A stretch of 63,838 bases of DNA, the filler included, from Octopus bimaculoides (taxonomy: Eukaryota): NCBI RefSeq assembly GCF_001194135.2. It is 6 parts of 6 records of this genome, joined end to end, with 100 filler letters (N's around TTAATTAATTAA, not from the genome) between each part and the next. Parts side by side here need not be neighbours in the genome. Positions count along the whole stretch, not along the records: positions 1 to 30,702 come from NC_068984.1; 5 more parts are not named here. The stretch is one strand, 5' to 3'. Shown here one piece after another: positions 11,634 through 24,500 of this stretch; the stretch's first letter is position 1; each line of letters opens with the position of its first letter. The notes beneath the pieces are model-generated. The model searched no databases. It was given only the letters and a program-made list of their open reading frames with translations, and had not been told where the DNA came from. Both the position numbers and the translations under genes were made by a program.

Positions 11634-12414
11634 GTTGTTGTTTCTTTTTGTTGTTGTCATTTATTATTCTTCGTATTTCCATTGTTGTTACTGCTGTCAG
11701 CGCGGTTGATGTTGATGGTGTGTATTTAGTCTCCAGTATCCAAGCGTTGTGACTTGTCATCGCCTTGTAAATAACTAGTTAAGAGTTGGAAAACAAGCTG
11801 TCAAAACGAAGAACGCGGAATTTTATTACGACTGTTATTTACCATGGGATTCTGAATCAATTAGTTCCTGTAAAGAAGAGATCGTGTTCCCTTCAGATGT
11901 AAAAACAAATAAATACATAAATCAAGGAGACTAATTACCTCGAGACGCCATCCTCCTGAAAAACAAGCATTAAGTTAGTATTGGTATACATAATGCTGTT
12001 AGCATATAGAAACCATATTTGAAATATCAATGACTTGTAAGGATCCAGTATTTCGTTATGCAACCATAATATACTGTAAAAGTATATTAAACGTTTCTAT
12101 CAGTCGATACTGTGTTCTACTGTGTTAGCAGTGCGCATTACATTTCTTGTTAAGGTTATCTCTACAGATATTCTATAGAAATTTATAGCCAGCACTGATT
12201 TTTGCTACGACGTTTTATATCCGAGACGTCAGATGTAAACAAACAAAGAGATCGATGATGGAAAAACGGCAATGGGTCTATATCTCACTTTTGTTTCTTC
12301 ATAATTACCCATCTGACCGCTTAATCGTCCACGGACGCTCACGAAATATGACATATAAGCCCATTGCCATTTTTTCATATTCGAAATATATATCTTAACC
12401 TCTGCTACAGAATC

Positions 12415-12580
12415 TTTAGCTCGCTGGGTAGAATGGTTATCGGCATTTTGTCCGTCTTTATGTTCTAAGTTCAAATTCCACCGAGATCGACTTTGCCTTG
12501 TATCGTTTCGGGTCGATGACATAAATACCAGTTTCGTACTGAGGGCGATGTAATCGACTAGCTCCCTTCCCTACAATTTC
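12415..12580 (+). mobile_element. Family-B SINE (degenerate)
   Basis: GTTCTAAGTTCAAATTCCACCGAGATCGACTTTGCC...GGCGATGTAATCGACT. Confidence 0.65.
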
Positions 12581-13514
12581 TCTGATAAATCAAGTTTGTT
12601 TTTTCATCCTTTCGAGTTTATAAATAAAATACCAGCACTAAGGTAGATTCTTATGGACCAAAATTAGTATGGAGTTGTCTCACATATTCACTGAAATGAT
12701 TAAAATAATATTAGTCATGGAAATAATGTCCTTTCCTCACCGCATAAACATTTCTAATTAGATTTGTATGCTCATTGCGTACAATTATGCAACGCTTCGA
12801 TAATACTGAACCGGCTGAAAGAGATTTCTTGATTCGGATTTGTTTATATATGCAGATGCAACGTGACTATTTTATTTATTAACTATTAGAAATTTATTAC
12901 AATGGAATAATTGCTGAAATAAAAAAAAAATGATAGATTAAAACAATTTCATATCATAAGCAGTAGGTATAGCTGTGTATGTGAATGCCCATATCAATGA
13001 AAATGAACTTCCGCATTCAGTGAGTGTTGTGATATTTGATGCTACTTTTCGTCGTATATTTCACATATACTTTACGAAATATCACCTGGGTTTCGACTTA
13101 CCTAACCATACCCGAAACCTTTGGTATGATTGTTTTGATAGTTCTGTTGTTATTGTTAACTAGCCCTATGTCTGGTCTGATGGGTTAGACCTATAATCAA
13201 AGCTTTCCCACCCATGACCACCGCGAAATTCTCTCAGACATAGCATATCTAGGATTACAGGAATACATTTTTAGTGCAAGATGTTAATCAAGAGAGATTT
13301 GGTTGTTGTTTCTAATATGTAATGCGACCGCATAGAGTCATTTTCAGCAGCTCCTGTGGCTTTATTTGATGCAATTCATATTGGTATAATTTCGTTCACG
13401 TCCTTCTTGTCCTTGCAATCGAAGTTTTATTGTTATTGTTGTTGTTGCTGTTACTGCTGCTGTTTAGACGCAGATCTACTCTGACTGAGTTCTATTGTCG
13501 AAGTTGTTCTAGAC

Positions 13515-14335
13515 CAAGCGTTCTCAACCACTTTTTACCTACTCTTACTCTTTTACTCTTTTACTTGTTTCAGTCATTTGACTGCGGCCATGCTGGAGCA
13601 GCACCTTTAGTCGAGCAAATCGACCCCAGGACTTATTCTTTGTAAGACTAGTACTTATTCTATCGGTCTGTTTTTGTCGAACCGCTAAGTTACGGGGACG
13701 TAAATACATCAGCATCGGTTGTCAAGCGATGGTGGGGGGACAAACACAGACGCACAAACACACATACATATNNNNNNNNNNNNNNNNNNNNNNNNNNNNN
13801 NNNNNNNNNNNNNNNNNNNNNNNNNNNNNNNNNNNNNNNNNNNNNNNNNNATATATATATATATATATATATACATATATACGACGGGCTTCTTTCAATT
13901 TCCATCTATTAAATCCATTCACAAGGCTTTGGTCAGCCCGAGGCTATAGTGGAAGACACTTGCCCAAGGTGCCACGCAGTGGGACTGAACCTGGAACCAT
14001 GTGGTTCGTAAGCAAGCTACTTACCATACAGCCACTTCTACGCCTATGGAACTCTTTGATTGCTATTTTATTCTGGTGGACCCCATAGCCAAATGACCTT
14101 TAAAAACTAGTTTTACAGAAACGTCTTTCAAAATTCCTATTTTGCTTTTTCACATATTAACTTATGTAGATTCAACTGTGTAAAATACTAGAGAAAGAAA
14201 CCTAGCTGTTTCTTGCTATACATACCAGTAGATATATCTGAAGCAAATTTTTTTTATGGACTCTTAAAATATTATTGTGGATCCCCAATTTACTATTTTG
14301 CTGTGTAGACCCCCAAAAAATCTTGAGAACCACTG
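13515..14335. mobile_element. hAT (Charlie-type) MITE interrupted by a SINE
   Basis: TIRs CAAGCGTTCTCAA / TTGAGAACCACTG. 8-bp TSD TTCTAGAC (13507-13514) / TTCTAGAG (14336-14343), fitting the Charlie NTCTAGAN target. Confidence 0.75.
13541..14045 (-). mobile_element. tRNA-derived SINE, family A, nested in a hAT MITE
   Basis: Near-identical to 26114-26581 and 45667-46085: head AGGCG(T/C)AG..GTGGCTGT.TGGTAAG...GGTTCAGTCCC, CCTTGGGCAAGTGTC, internal microsatellite, and a (GAGTAAAA)n-like tail. Confidence 0.85.
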
Positions 14336-16944
14336 TTCTAGAGAATCCCGTCTCTTTCTTTCTTTTTTCATATATAATCTTGAACCGTCTCTTTTCTTTT
14401 TTTTTCATATATAATCTTTTCATATATAATCTTGAAGATTATATAATCTTCATTTATAATCTTGAATGCGTTCGTCTTTTTTACGATAATAGATAGGATT
14501 GAGGGAGATTTGGCAGCTAATTCTAGCAAATAGAGAAACTCTATAGTGTTTCGGTGTTGATTTGTTAGCTATAGCAAATGTCGTTCTTTTTAAAGGAATC
14601 TTGTGACGGATACGCCGTTGATACCCATCCAAAATAGAAGGTCACATACAACTGAATCATTAAAATGCTAGAGCCACGCGCAGAGGTTTGTATCCAGGTT
14701 GGCGATGCTCCCTGTTTTGCACACAGGCAAGATGTATCACTGTCTATGGTATAATTCATCTACTTGTATCGAGTTGACAGGATTAGGACAGTCTACAGTT
14801 GACCAATGTTGGTGGTTCGGATAATTTTATAATTGATAGATGTATCATTAAAAAGCCCGAGGGCGATCCTTTCAATCAGCAACAATTAGTCCAAATGACA
14901 GATGTGTTTATAGATGATTAGATAAGCTCTGTTGCCCTGAGGAGTAAAGAATCTGACATTTCAGATTGTTACGTTTCGTAACGGAGCGTAGAAGAGACAG
15001 AAAATATTGTCGCTTTCCACACAGTAGTAACAACATCGAATCGATAGCCTTGTGTTTCCTTCTGCTTCACTATGCTCTGAGATAAATCAAGTTTTTTTTT
15101 TTTTATCCCTTCGGGTGTATAAATAAAGTACCAGTACTGAAGTAAATTCTTATGGCTATCGTCAAACCTAGTGAGAGATGTGCTCCGCTAAGTATAAATG
15201 CCTATGACACGACGTATAATAACAGGGCAGGTTTCCATCAGGAGCCACGCAAGATTTTTGCCTTCTGTACAGTTCCCTTTTAGGCTTAAAGTTGTCAAAC
15301 GAGAAGGCATGCTGCACATTCTTTACGATAGAAGTTTGTAACTTACCTCATGCGAAAATCTCATAAAGGCGAAGAAAACAACGGATATATTTAAAAGAAA
15401 TAACAAAATTTCAAAATATTTCCTAGAAACAAGCTTATATTATTGAATCTTTGTCACTAATTGTGTTTCTAAAGTTTTTCTTTCTTCCCTAAAGATGAAA
15501 AGATTACTTATTAGAGAAGAAGTAAACAACGGCGAGAAATATTATCTGAATGCAATAATATCGTTAAATAGCAGCCAGTATATAAAGAAAATATCAATAC
15601 TTATTGATTTGTTAGTTACTGCAGCATTCTACGTATTAAAGCTAGATTTTTATTTTGTTTTGGTAAAACAATTTCATTTTCATTGGGGAAAATAACTTAG
15701 ATTTGGTGATAAAAAGAAGAGTTTCATAACCACCCACATGCATATCAATATATACATACAAAATGCACAAATTCACACATACTCACACACGNNNNNNNNN
15801 NNNNNNNNNNNNNNNNNNNNNNNNNNNNNNNNNNNNNNNNNNNNNNNNNNNNNNNNNNNNNNNNNNNNNNNNNNNNNNNNNNNNNNNNNNNNNNNNNNNN
15901 NNNNNNNNNNNNNNNNNNNNNNNNNNNNNNNNNNNNNNNNNNNNNNNNNNNNNNNNNNNNNNNNNNNNNNNNNNNNNNNNNNNNNNNNNNNNNNNNNNNN
16001 NNNNNNNNNNNNNNNNNNNNNNNNNNNNNNNNNNNNNNNNNNNNNNNNNNNNNNNNNNNNNNNNNNNNNNNNNNNNNNNNNNNNNNNNNNNNNNNNNNNN
16101 NNNNNNNNNNNNNNNNNNNNNNNNNNNNNNNNNNNNNNNNNNNNNNNAATAACAATAATAACAAATTTGTTTAAAATTCTCACCGAAATGCGTCAGATAT
16201 TGTTTTGAAAAATATATATTATGGACATTGCCTTTATGACCACACACACACTCACTCAGGCACACACACACACACACACACATACACGCACACAAACACA
16301 AACACATACAAGAACAAGAACAACAACAACAACAACAACATACTCATAACAGAATTCAGTAGCGTATCTCATGCAACATGTTTATACAGTGTGGGTAGTA
16401 AGTCGGCTTTGTTATGTGTAATCTAATGATGAGTATTCGGATCGATTCGTAACAAAACTAATAATAAGCAAGCCTACAAAATAGTGAACTGTAAAATAGA
16501 TAACAAACAATAAAATAATATATCTTATTGTTCGTTTAGCCTATATTATTATTTCGTGAATAGTTTTATGTTGTAACTCACCAGCAGACAGACTTGTACG
16601 TCTGACAAATTGAGAGACATGGCGATTAGTTTTAGGGTTAGTGGAACTGAAGCAGTATCTTCCAAATATTCAACTCTTCCCAATCTTTGAAGTTCATTGC
16701 TGATTCCTTATGAATTGTGCATTATGTCACTGTATTATGGTTGTACATACAAACATACAAAGATACATACATACAAACGTACATACAGATAGACAGGCAG
16801 ACAATAACTATATGTGAGCACGTGTAGATTTGTAAGTATATGCATCAGGTATATGCAAGTATATGCATAAAATAAAACATACAAATCTGCACGTATACAT
16901 ACATACATACATACATACATACATACATACATACAAGCAAAAAT

Positions 16945-17050
16945 AATCTGTCCTCGTTGTTGAGATTCCAATGAAGCAGCCTTGCACTTAGTTTAGAAAT
17001 CAACACTTTTTCTACTGGCAAAAAAAAAAATCTTGAAATAAACGGAATAA

Positions 17051-17052
<2 letters not shown>
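16945..17052 (+). mobile_element. Isolated 3' UTR fragment of the R4-like element seen at 1940-2280
   Basis: GTTGTTGA...ATGAAG(C/T)AGCCTTG...TTAGAAA...TGGCAA...ATCTTGAAATAAA..GAATAAT aligns with 2157-2275. Both copies are preceded by (TACA)n. Confidence 0.65.
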
Positions 17053-17134
<82 letters not shown>

Positions 17135-18149
17135 ACACACACCCATACACGCACACACATTCACACACACACGTGTATGTATATATTTATGTATGTATGT
17201 ACGTACCTGTGTGCGTGCATGTGTGTGTGTATGAATATATTTATATGTATATACACTAATATTGAACAGTGAGAATAGGTGCACAACACTTCATTGGCGG
17301 ACAAATATTAATTCTTTATGTGTTAACAAGGCAACCAATGGTTCTACGTGAAGAGATCTTCACAACTGGTCAATGTTGGAACTAGTATTCATATTATCCA
17401 TGACAATGTTGGAACTCGTATCTATATGATACGCTTGTACAATTGTGACGGTTTCTTCATATGAAATCACTAGTTGCTTTGTGTATAAATAAAGTATATA
17501 ATATATATGTGTGCGTGTCTGGCTGTGTGTGTGTGTACGTAGAAACACGCGCACGAACGCTTACACACACATACATGAATTTAATAGCATCAAACGATCC
17601 TATCAGAAGCGATCCTAAATAAAATGACATAACAGGTTTCGATTGTTAGGATCGTATCGAGAATCTAAAACTTTATTCCATCGCGCACTGCCGTGAGCGC
17701 CATGCCATTTGTATGACGTGGAAAATACTCCAACAGCATTGCTCAACTGATGTTGGTATCAACTTTAGAATTCACTCTAGGCTTGGTCCCCGTGCTACCC
17801 GTCCTCTACAAACATCATGCTCGTATCACTATTTCACCTCAATTGGCTCTGCTCTCATTAACAACATGCCAAACTAACAATATCCGGCCAGTTAAGCTTG
17901 CACTTGACAGATTTTAAGTTTGCACTTGACACAGTATTCCTTGTGTTGATGTTTGTGTATGTGTTCAATAACAAAGGAATTCTCTCTGTTTATTTCAGGA
18001 CAGTCATTTTTTCTAATGGCATTGTATATTGTTTCTGCGACAACATACAGTCGCATAGGACGGTAGTACCTTGATGACATACTTGGGCAGCTGTTAATCA
18101 TATGTGCAATATATTACACAGAAAAATGGCAATCTACATTTTCGGTTGT

Positions 18150-18430
18150 CATAGAGTTCCAAAGGCGTCACCGTCTCTTTTGTTTAATGTATGTGCGCTT
18201 CGGCGTATTCGTCTGTCTTAGAAACTGGAGATTATTTATCTCGCTACTTGAAGTTTTTGATTCGATGCAATGCCTTAAGCTAGAACAAAACGAATTGTAC
18301 ATTGGGCAGTACAGGATGTTACTAAAATGGTTGTCATACATTATGTTATGTAGTTTGTTAGTTGGGTAACATGGTAAAGATTGCGTATAACTACTGGCGA
18401 ATAATTGTTGTTGTTCCTAAGAAGGATTCT
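18150..18430 (+). mobile_element. Probable Tc1-family transposase relic
   Basis: Frame TKRIVHWAVQDVTKMVV...RLRITTGE resembles Tc1 HWTxEDWxKVLFSDES...RVxRxxGE. Homologous to 19625-19800. Heavily degraded. Confidence 0.35.
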
Positions 18431-18544
18431 CCAATGTCTTTAATTTCCCTATGAGAACTTTTATGAATGTATTTTTTTTTTTTAATGACAGTAGATTACT
18501 CTGGGGTTTTATATTTGAATTTTAATAATCTTATTTTACGAATA

Positions 18545-18650
18545 TAATCCTTTCTACCATAGGCACAAGGCCTGACATTTTGGGGAAGGAGCAAGTCGAT
18601 TAGATCGACCCCCGTACGCAATTGGTACTTAATTTATCGACCCCGAAAAG
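18545..18650 (-). mobile_element. Family-B SINE 3' fragment
   Basis: AATCCTTTCTACCATAGGCACAAGGCCTG...GGTACTTAATTTATCGACCCCGAAA matches the family-B 3' half. Confidence 0.7.
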
Positions 18651-19382
18651 TTGCCTAAAGTGGATACATGAAACTGTTAAAAGAAGAATATAAAACGGAG
18701 AAATCCTCTACGTCAGGAATTGTGGATAGGCAAATTCTGTATGGATACCTGTCAACTCTCTTTCTGATAGAGCCAAACTTCAGCCTTCTGCTGCTGGAAG
18801 CTCATATATACATATGTAAGTTGTTGTTGTTGTGGAGAGTTTGAAGGTGCCCTAGATTCATATGGCAAACGCAAATTTTGACGTGATACTCAAATGAAGT
18901 AAACTTCTGGCTTACAAAGGAAAAGTTTATATATAAAATAGAAACCAACTTTAAAATCTACGGCAGAAATATAAGTTGTATGGTCGAAGACACATATTCA
19001 GTTTCCCAAGCAATAAACTTACGTAATATCATGTTTCCGATTCGTAGATAATCGATGCAAATACAATTCTTCTGTCTGACAATGTGTTGTAAGACGAATG
19101 TGCTCACAGATAAAGTAATAAAATTTATGGCAGCAACAAGGTTTCATTCATATAGATAATGTATTTTATTTTATGGTTTACATATAGACTTGTTTCTTAA
19201 TAACTTCATCCGCTTACTTGGTATTGTTATTAGTTAACCGATGTATTAGTTTCTCGTATTAAACACACACACACGTACTCACATATATTTATATATATTT
19301 ATACACACATAAACATATACACATATACAGATTTATGTATGTATCTATATGTATACATACATACATACATATATATACACCA

Positions 19383-19590
19383 CCTCTGTCCGGCCTTCGC
19401 CAAGATTGATCGCTAGCCACTAAACCTTTTTTATTTTCTCTCTCTGCTTATTTCTGTGTTCCTTTCTGTTGAAGAGCGTAGGCTCGAAACGTAAAAGACT
19501 TTCTCACTTCCCGAACGTTAAACTGGTACATCTGCTTGTTGCTTACACACTCGCCTTCGTCTTTTCTTTTTTTTGTAAATTCCAACTATA
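19383..19590 (+). mobile_element. Short pLTR/retrozyme-like repeat carrying a variant hammerhead
   Basis: Pyrimidine-rich non-coding segment between microsatellites. Its core matches 63487-63530 on the opposite strand. Confidence 0.55.
19462..19497 (+). ncRNA. Minimal hammerhead-like motif, variant core
   Basis: CTTT-CTGTTGA-A-GAGC-GTAG-GCTC-GAAAC-GTA-AAAG: stem I CTTT/AAAG, stem II GAGC/GCTC, loopless palindromic stem III, GUA triplet. The core deviates from consensus (A6U plus an extra A). Confidence 0.55.
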
Positions 19591-19624
19591 TATGTGTATT
19601 TTTGTGAGTACGTATAATATGTAT

Positions 19625-19800
19625 ATGTGTTCGATGCAGTCTCTCTGGTTAAAACAAAACGAATGGAGCATTGGACTGTGGAGGATGTCACAAAGGTGCT
19701 TTTCATACATTAGATCATATACTTTGTTAGTTGTGTATCTTGACAAGCTTTTCGTATAACTATTGGCCGAAAAGTATCATTGTACTCAGGGAAGTTACTC
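19625..19800 (+). mobile_element. Probable Tc1-family transposase relic (second copy)
   Basis: Frame KTKRMEHWTVEDVTKVLF resembles Tc1 HWTVEDWKKVLFSDES. Aligns with 18255-18430. Confidence 0.4.
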
Positions 19801-20379
19801 AAGTGATTTAATTTAATTTGCGACTTTTTAAAAGTTATTCTTCCTTAAAAGAAAAGTTTACTCCAACGACTTTCAAATTCTAATGATTTCGTGTCTCATT
19901 TACGTACAGTTTTACTTTGCATACAATACTTCAATTTACGAATAGAATGTCAATTCTTCCGTATATGATTTTCGAATTTATTTCAAGAGTGGTTTTGAAT
20001 TAATCTTGTCACAGTGCTAGGTATACTGGGTTTAAATGTATTATCTGTGGGCCTCATACAGGCCATCTAAATATCATTTGGTATTGTATTCGAACCTCTT
20101 CGATAAATCCTTACGCTATGTAGGTATATCCATGTTTGTGGCCGTTCTGCCGACGACGTGGGCTTACGGTTTCTGTTATGGTGAGATATTCGTGATTCTA
20201 TATTATTTACGAAACTGCAGCTGTTCTCGTTAATTTTTGTAGTTTACTTTGCGGTAAAATATTTCTTTATTATTGATTGACTGAAAGTTCCTAGTTGATT
20301 TTTTTTCCCTTCCTATTTTTTGTTTGAAATGTTTCATGTATTATAATCGTCATTCGAAGCCACTTCTTGATAATAGTTA

Positions 20380-20790
20380 TGCAGCAGTTCCACCACATGC
20401 CCACTAAGCGGTCAGTGAAACAAAGGGGCCAACGTGTATGAAGCGGAGGTTGTACCGAAAGATCCTGGCCGGACGACACAAGTACAAACAAATGTGCATA
20501 CAATGGAAGACCTCGTCAAGGTCAGATAATCACAAATCTTTTGAAATTCATCTGAGACGTAATGTCACAACGTTGGTGAGACATGTGAGTATTAACACTT
20601 ACTGAAGATTAACGGAAAAGTGCAGTTCTTACCTCAATGGCAGTGAGAGCTGCATAGTATTTTTCGCGGAGAAATGAATTATATTTAAGATTTCCTTCTT
20701 CCCAGTGACCTACCTCAATCCTGAAAGTGAAATGATTTCCATAGTCCACTAAGTGTTGGTTCCACTCTAGCAGCGAAAGTTAATTTTTAT
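20380..20790 (+). mobile_element. mariner-like transposase relic
   Basis: Pieces across frames: TERSWP/GRP, TNVHTMEDLVK, LTED*RKSAV...ELYLRF, VTYLNPESEMIS, GSTLAAK. They follow the mariner order (HTH, LTxxQK..RV, WxxYxxPExKxQS..GSP). Strongly decayed. Confidence 0.45.
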
Positions 20791-21486
20791 CGCATTAGAA
20801 ATCTTCATAAAAATATATTTCCTCCACACTCAATGTTTGCACACACCAATACATACATGTGCACAACGCATGTTCTTCTTCCCCGTTCGTCGTTCTTCCC
20901 GTCTCTATCTCTCTCTTCCCTCCTCACTCGCCCCATCGCACTTTCTTCACCTCATTTCATCATTACATGTACCAAAAATCGAGGTGGACATTTACTATTT
21001 GAAAGCTGACATGCAATACAATGCAACTAGAACTCTAATAGGCTTAAAGGCCAGCCTCGTTTTTTTTTATACCTGTTTTTCGTTCGTTTATTTTTAACGT
21101 CTCTATCACTCATAAACTGGATTTAGTGTTTTCCAACTTCCACTCAAGCTATAATCTTCCGTTCAGCCATTTATGAAACATAATTTACCTTTCTATACTT
21201 GGGAGATTCATTAATACGGCACTGTTTGATAATATGAACCGGCTGTCAAATATGTAATAGTGTAAAGATAATATACCAACTTTATTACTATTATACGAGT
21301 GCCTGTTTTCTTTCAGACTTATATTGGATAGCAATGTTTGTGTGTGTATATATATATGTATATGTAGTGTTTATGTATGTACATACGTACATACATAAAC
21401 ACACGCACACCCAGAGATATAAATACTTTGACCTACATGCACGTACGATTACACAAGCATACAAACATGTGTGTACATAATATTTA

Positions 21487-21524
<38 letters not shown>

Positions 21525-24500
21525 CACACACACACATACTGCACGCACACAGACCACCAGCACATATTCCTATCATGAATGTAATGGATATTTTAATCTG
21601 AAGCCTGTTGCTGAAATCGATGCAATTATTACCATGTGCCCTTCAGCGATTTGCAGTCATGCTTCGTACATGTACGAAAATATCTGCTTTTCTATCTATC
21701 TATCTCATCCCAATTAACAATCTATATATAATAGGAACGCTATTGTGAAAGTGGATGTGAAATCATGTAAATACAGAAGAAAATGATTTCTTCTCGAGGC
21801 AAGAGATTTAGATTTATCTGTTTGCTGATGCGAATTGGAAATGATAATCAAGTACTTTTCAGAATTTAGTTCAGGTTAGAAGCCTGAATCGATAATTTAT
21901 GCTCTTCCGGAAGCACTAAGTATTTAGATTTATTTCATGACTTTTAATTACAGAAATACGACAAACATTAACTAGAAAACCTGAACGAAATTATATATTT
22001 CATTCCTGAGTTTTATTATGTTCAATACATGTAAAGAGTTAGATATGTAGCCAGTTCTATCGTTTTACATTATTTAGTTACGCCCATATTTTACATTTTA
22101 CGTTCTAATTTTGACAGTTTGATTGATTTTCATGCTCATTTTGACGGCGTGATTAGCTTTAATTGATTAGCACAAAAACCATAGTTATCACTCGCTAATG
22201 AGTATAAGTTAGTTGCATGCACCGCGTTTTTGCTATTTGTGTTAGCTACCTTATCTAATCGTGAAGCAACATTGTCACCGTCTTGGCTTTCCACCCTTGA
22301 CCTAGCGGAACATCAACGATGTCATATTTGGCACTTATTTTTTAGAAGAGTAAACTCGAGCAACTTAAGTGAGGAACCTCACTGGACGACACAACGTGCT
22401 GTCTTGTCCAGATATCGACCTTATGATCGTGTAGCTCAACACTCATCTTCAAAATAAAGTGCTGAGGTCAATGTTATCAGCTTTGTGTTCCTCTACAAAA
22501 TGTGTAGACGTATGCCTATATTATAAATTAATATTTTGGATTGTTAAATGGCATTAGGTAACAGAATAGGAATAACATTGGATTAATATGTCTTCCGGTT
22601 GTAGTAATATACATAGTTTTATGTTCTGAGTTCAGATCTCGGTAGAAGTGCGTTTTTTATCTTAATCTTCCTGATTAACACGAAGTACTAGTCTAGAACT
22701 GAGATAAGTATAATTCATTGATCGTATCCCTATAATTTACTGTCTTTTGTCTGCATTAAATATATGCATATATACTGGATACTTAAGCGGTAGAAAAGAT
22801 TAGAAATGTAATGCATTCTTCGCTGGATTCGATCGTGAGTATTCATTTATTAGGTAAATTGAGCCACCTACTGGTTGAATTAACATGTATGTGGCTGAGA
22901 TTACCAGAGACGTGTGTTTTTAACGTAATTCTCAAGCAGAAACGACATAGTACAATATGTGTCAGAGCTGGACCTCTGAATTTCATACAAAGTTTTTCCA
23001 ACATATTACCGAACTGTTTCTGTCCACTCAATTTCATCCACAAAGTTTGGATCGACACAAAGTCATGACAAAAGACACTCGGCGCGGGGTCGAACACGTC
23101 ACCTCATGAATGTAAAGCTTATTTCTTAAAAATTCAATTGAAATTGTAAATGAGCAAGTTATAATGCTCACTAGTACTTTTAGTTTGTTCCCGATAACTT
23201 CTGAGTTCAAATTCTAGGACGGTAGACACGAAAGCACAAGGGATTAAATCTAGTTCAGGATTTAATTCAGACTTTCTACACCTCGGCAGATGTTCCACTT
23301 TTACTCAACTCTCTGGAAATTCTGCTTTGACTTAAATGTCACTGGAGTCAGTAAAGCAGTACTAGATATGTACTAGAATTGATTCAGCTGTACAGCTCTG
23401 TAGTATCGAGTAAATATATAAAACTTAATATTTTATGTATATAGAGCGTTACTGTAGCAGACTCAGCAATGGACAATACTAAAGCAATTTATAATATTTT
23501 GTTTCATCTTTTAACTTTTTGATATAAAATCTGTGCCAACGCAACTCTTTCAATCAAATAATCCAATCCTATATCATATTCAACTGAATAGTGAACACTA
23601 ATTTCAAAATATTTGTTCCTGTTTCTTTATGAGAAATCAATATTTTCGGAAATCAATCCTATCCATAAGTCACATTTTTAATGTGTCATTGGTCTCGATT
23701 TCAGATTTGTATTTTACGGGGAATGATTGCAAACCAACGTTATCTGTTGAAACTTCTTATCAATACTCAGCACTTCAGTCAATATAAGACATTTCCATTG
23801 TTGCTATTTAGCGCAAGTCAGTTATGATCGATCAGACTTATAAACTGGAACGTTCCAGTGACTAACACATCGTCTGTATTTTCTCAGATGTAGCGAAAAC
23901 TGACACATCGTATGCATTTTCTGAGATACCGTAGCGCATAGCGTTTTGGAGACACGGATACATTTGCGTGCACGTGATAAAATACGACCCGCTTTATTAT
24001 AGGCAATCTGTCTGGTGGTCTATATATTTGGACACGCAAGGATTTACATTTATTCCACATGTCTCATCTGAAAGTTCAGAGAATTAAATAACCAGAGTAT
24101 TGCTCAAGCAGTCAAGAAAATCAGCCGTATTATATCATCAGCGTCATTTTCTATCTGATCTCAGAGTTTACACGCTTGATTATGATGCTAGTTGGTACTG
24201 AAATATTTGGGCTAAATATGGCGTGTGCTATATTAATTATCGTGTCTTATTGCTCCTCTTACACTGCTAATAACCCTTATAGAGGCTAATTTTGATCAAA
24301 AGACAGAACTCCGAATAACCGAGTTCACCTAATTATGATGAATATTGGTATTAATATATTTAAGGTAAAGGCGGCGCGATCCTGTTTCAATCATCGTTTC
24401 TTATCGGTGCACTTACACCGCTAATAATCTTAAGAAAAGCTTAATTGTCACATATTCTTATGCTATATTTCCTATATATTTGCACAGTTCCTTAGGTTTA

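Noticed and set aside
11843-16706. Other minus-strand exon candidates (11843-11867, 12741-12814, 15347-15422, 16582-16706)
   Set aside because: Phases do not chain into one ORF, no protein family is recognisable, and the false-positive rate here is demonstrably high. RNA-seq would be needed.
16935-17014. Apparent minus-strand exon EKVLISKLSARLLHWNLNNEDRLFLL
   Set aside because: It is the antisense of the repeated LINE 3' UTR also present at 2157-2275.
17892-18101. Cys-containing ORF ending CVKCKLKICQ, reminiscent of a piggyBac C-terminal domain
   Set aside because: Too few conserved Cys/His residues and no upstream DDD motifs found.
20627-20714. Apparent minus-strand exon IEVGHWEEGNLKYNSFLREKYYAALTAIE with good AG/GT sites
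   Set aside because: The plus strand of the same interval fits the mariner relic at 20380-20790.
12799-21245. Shared GATAATA(C)TGAACCGGCTG at about 12799 and 21228
   Set aside because: Only about 18 nt of similarity with unrelated flanks; probably a repeat remnant or chance.
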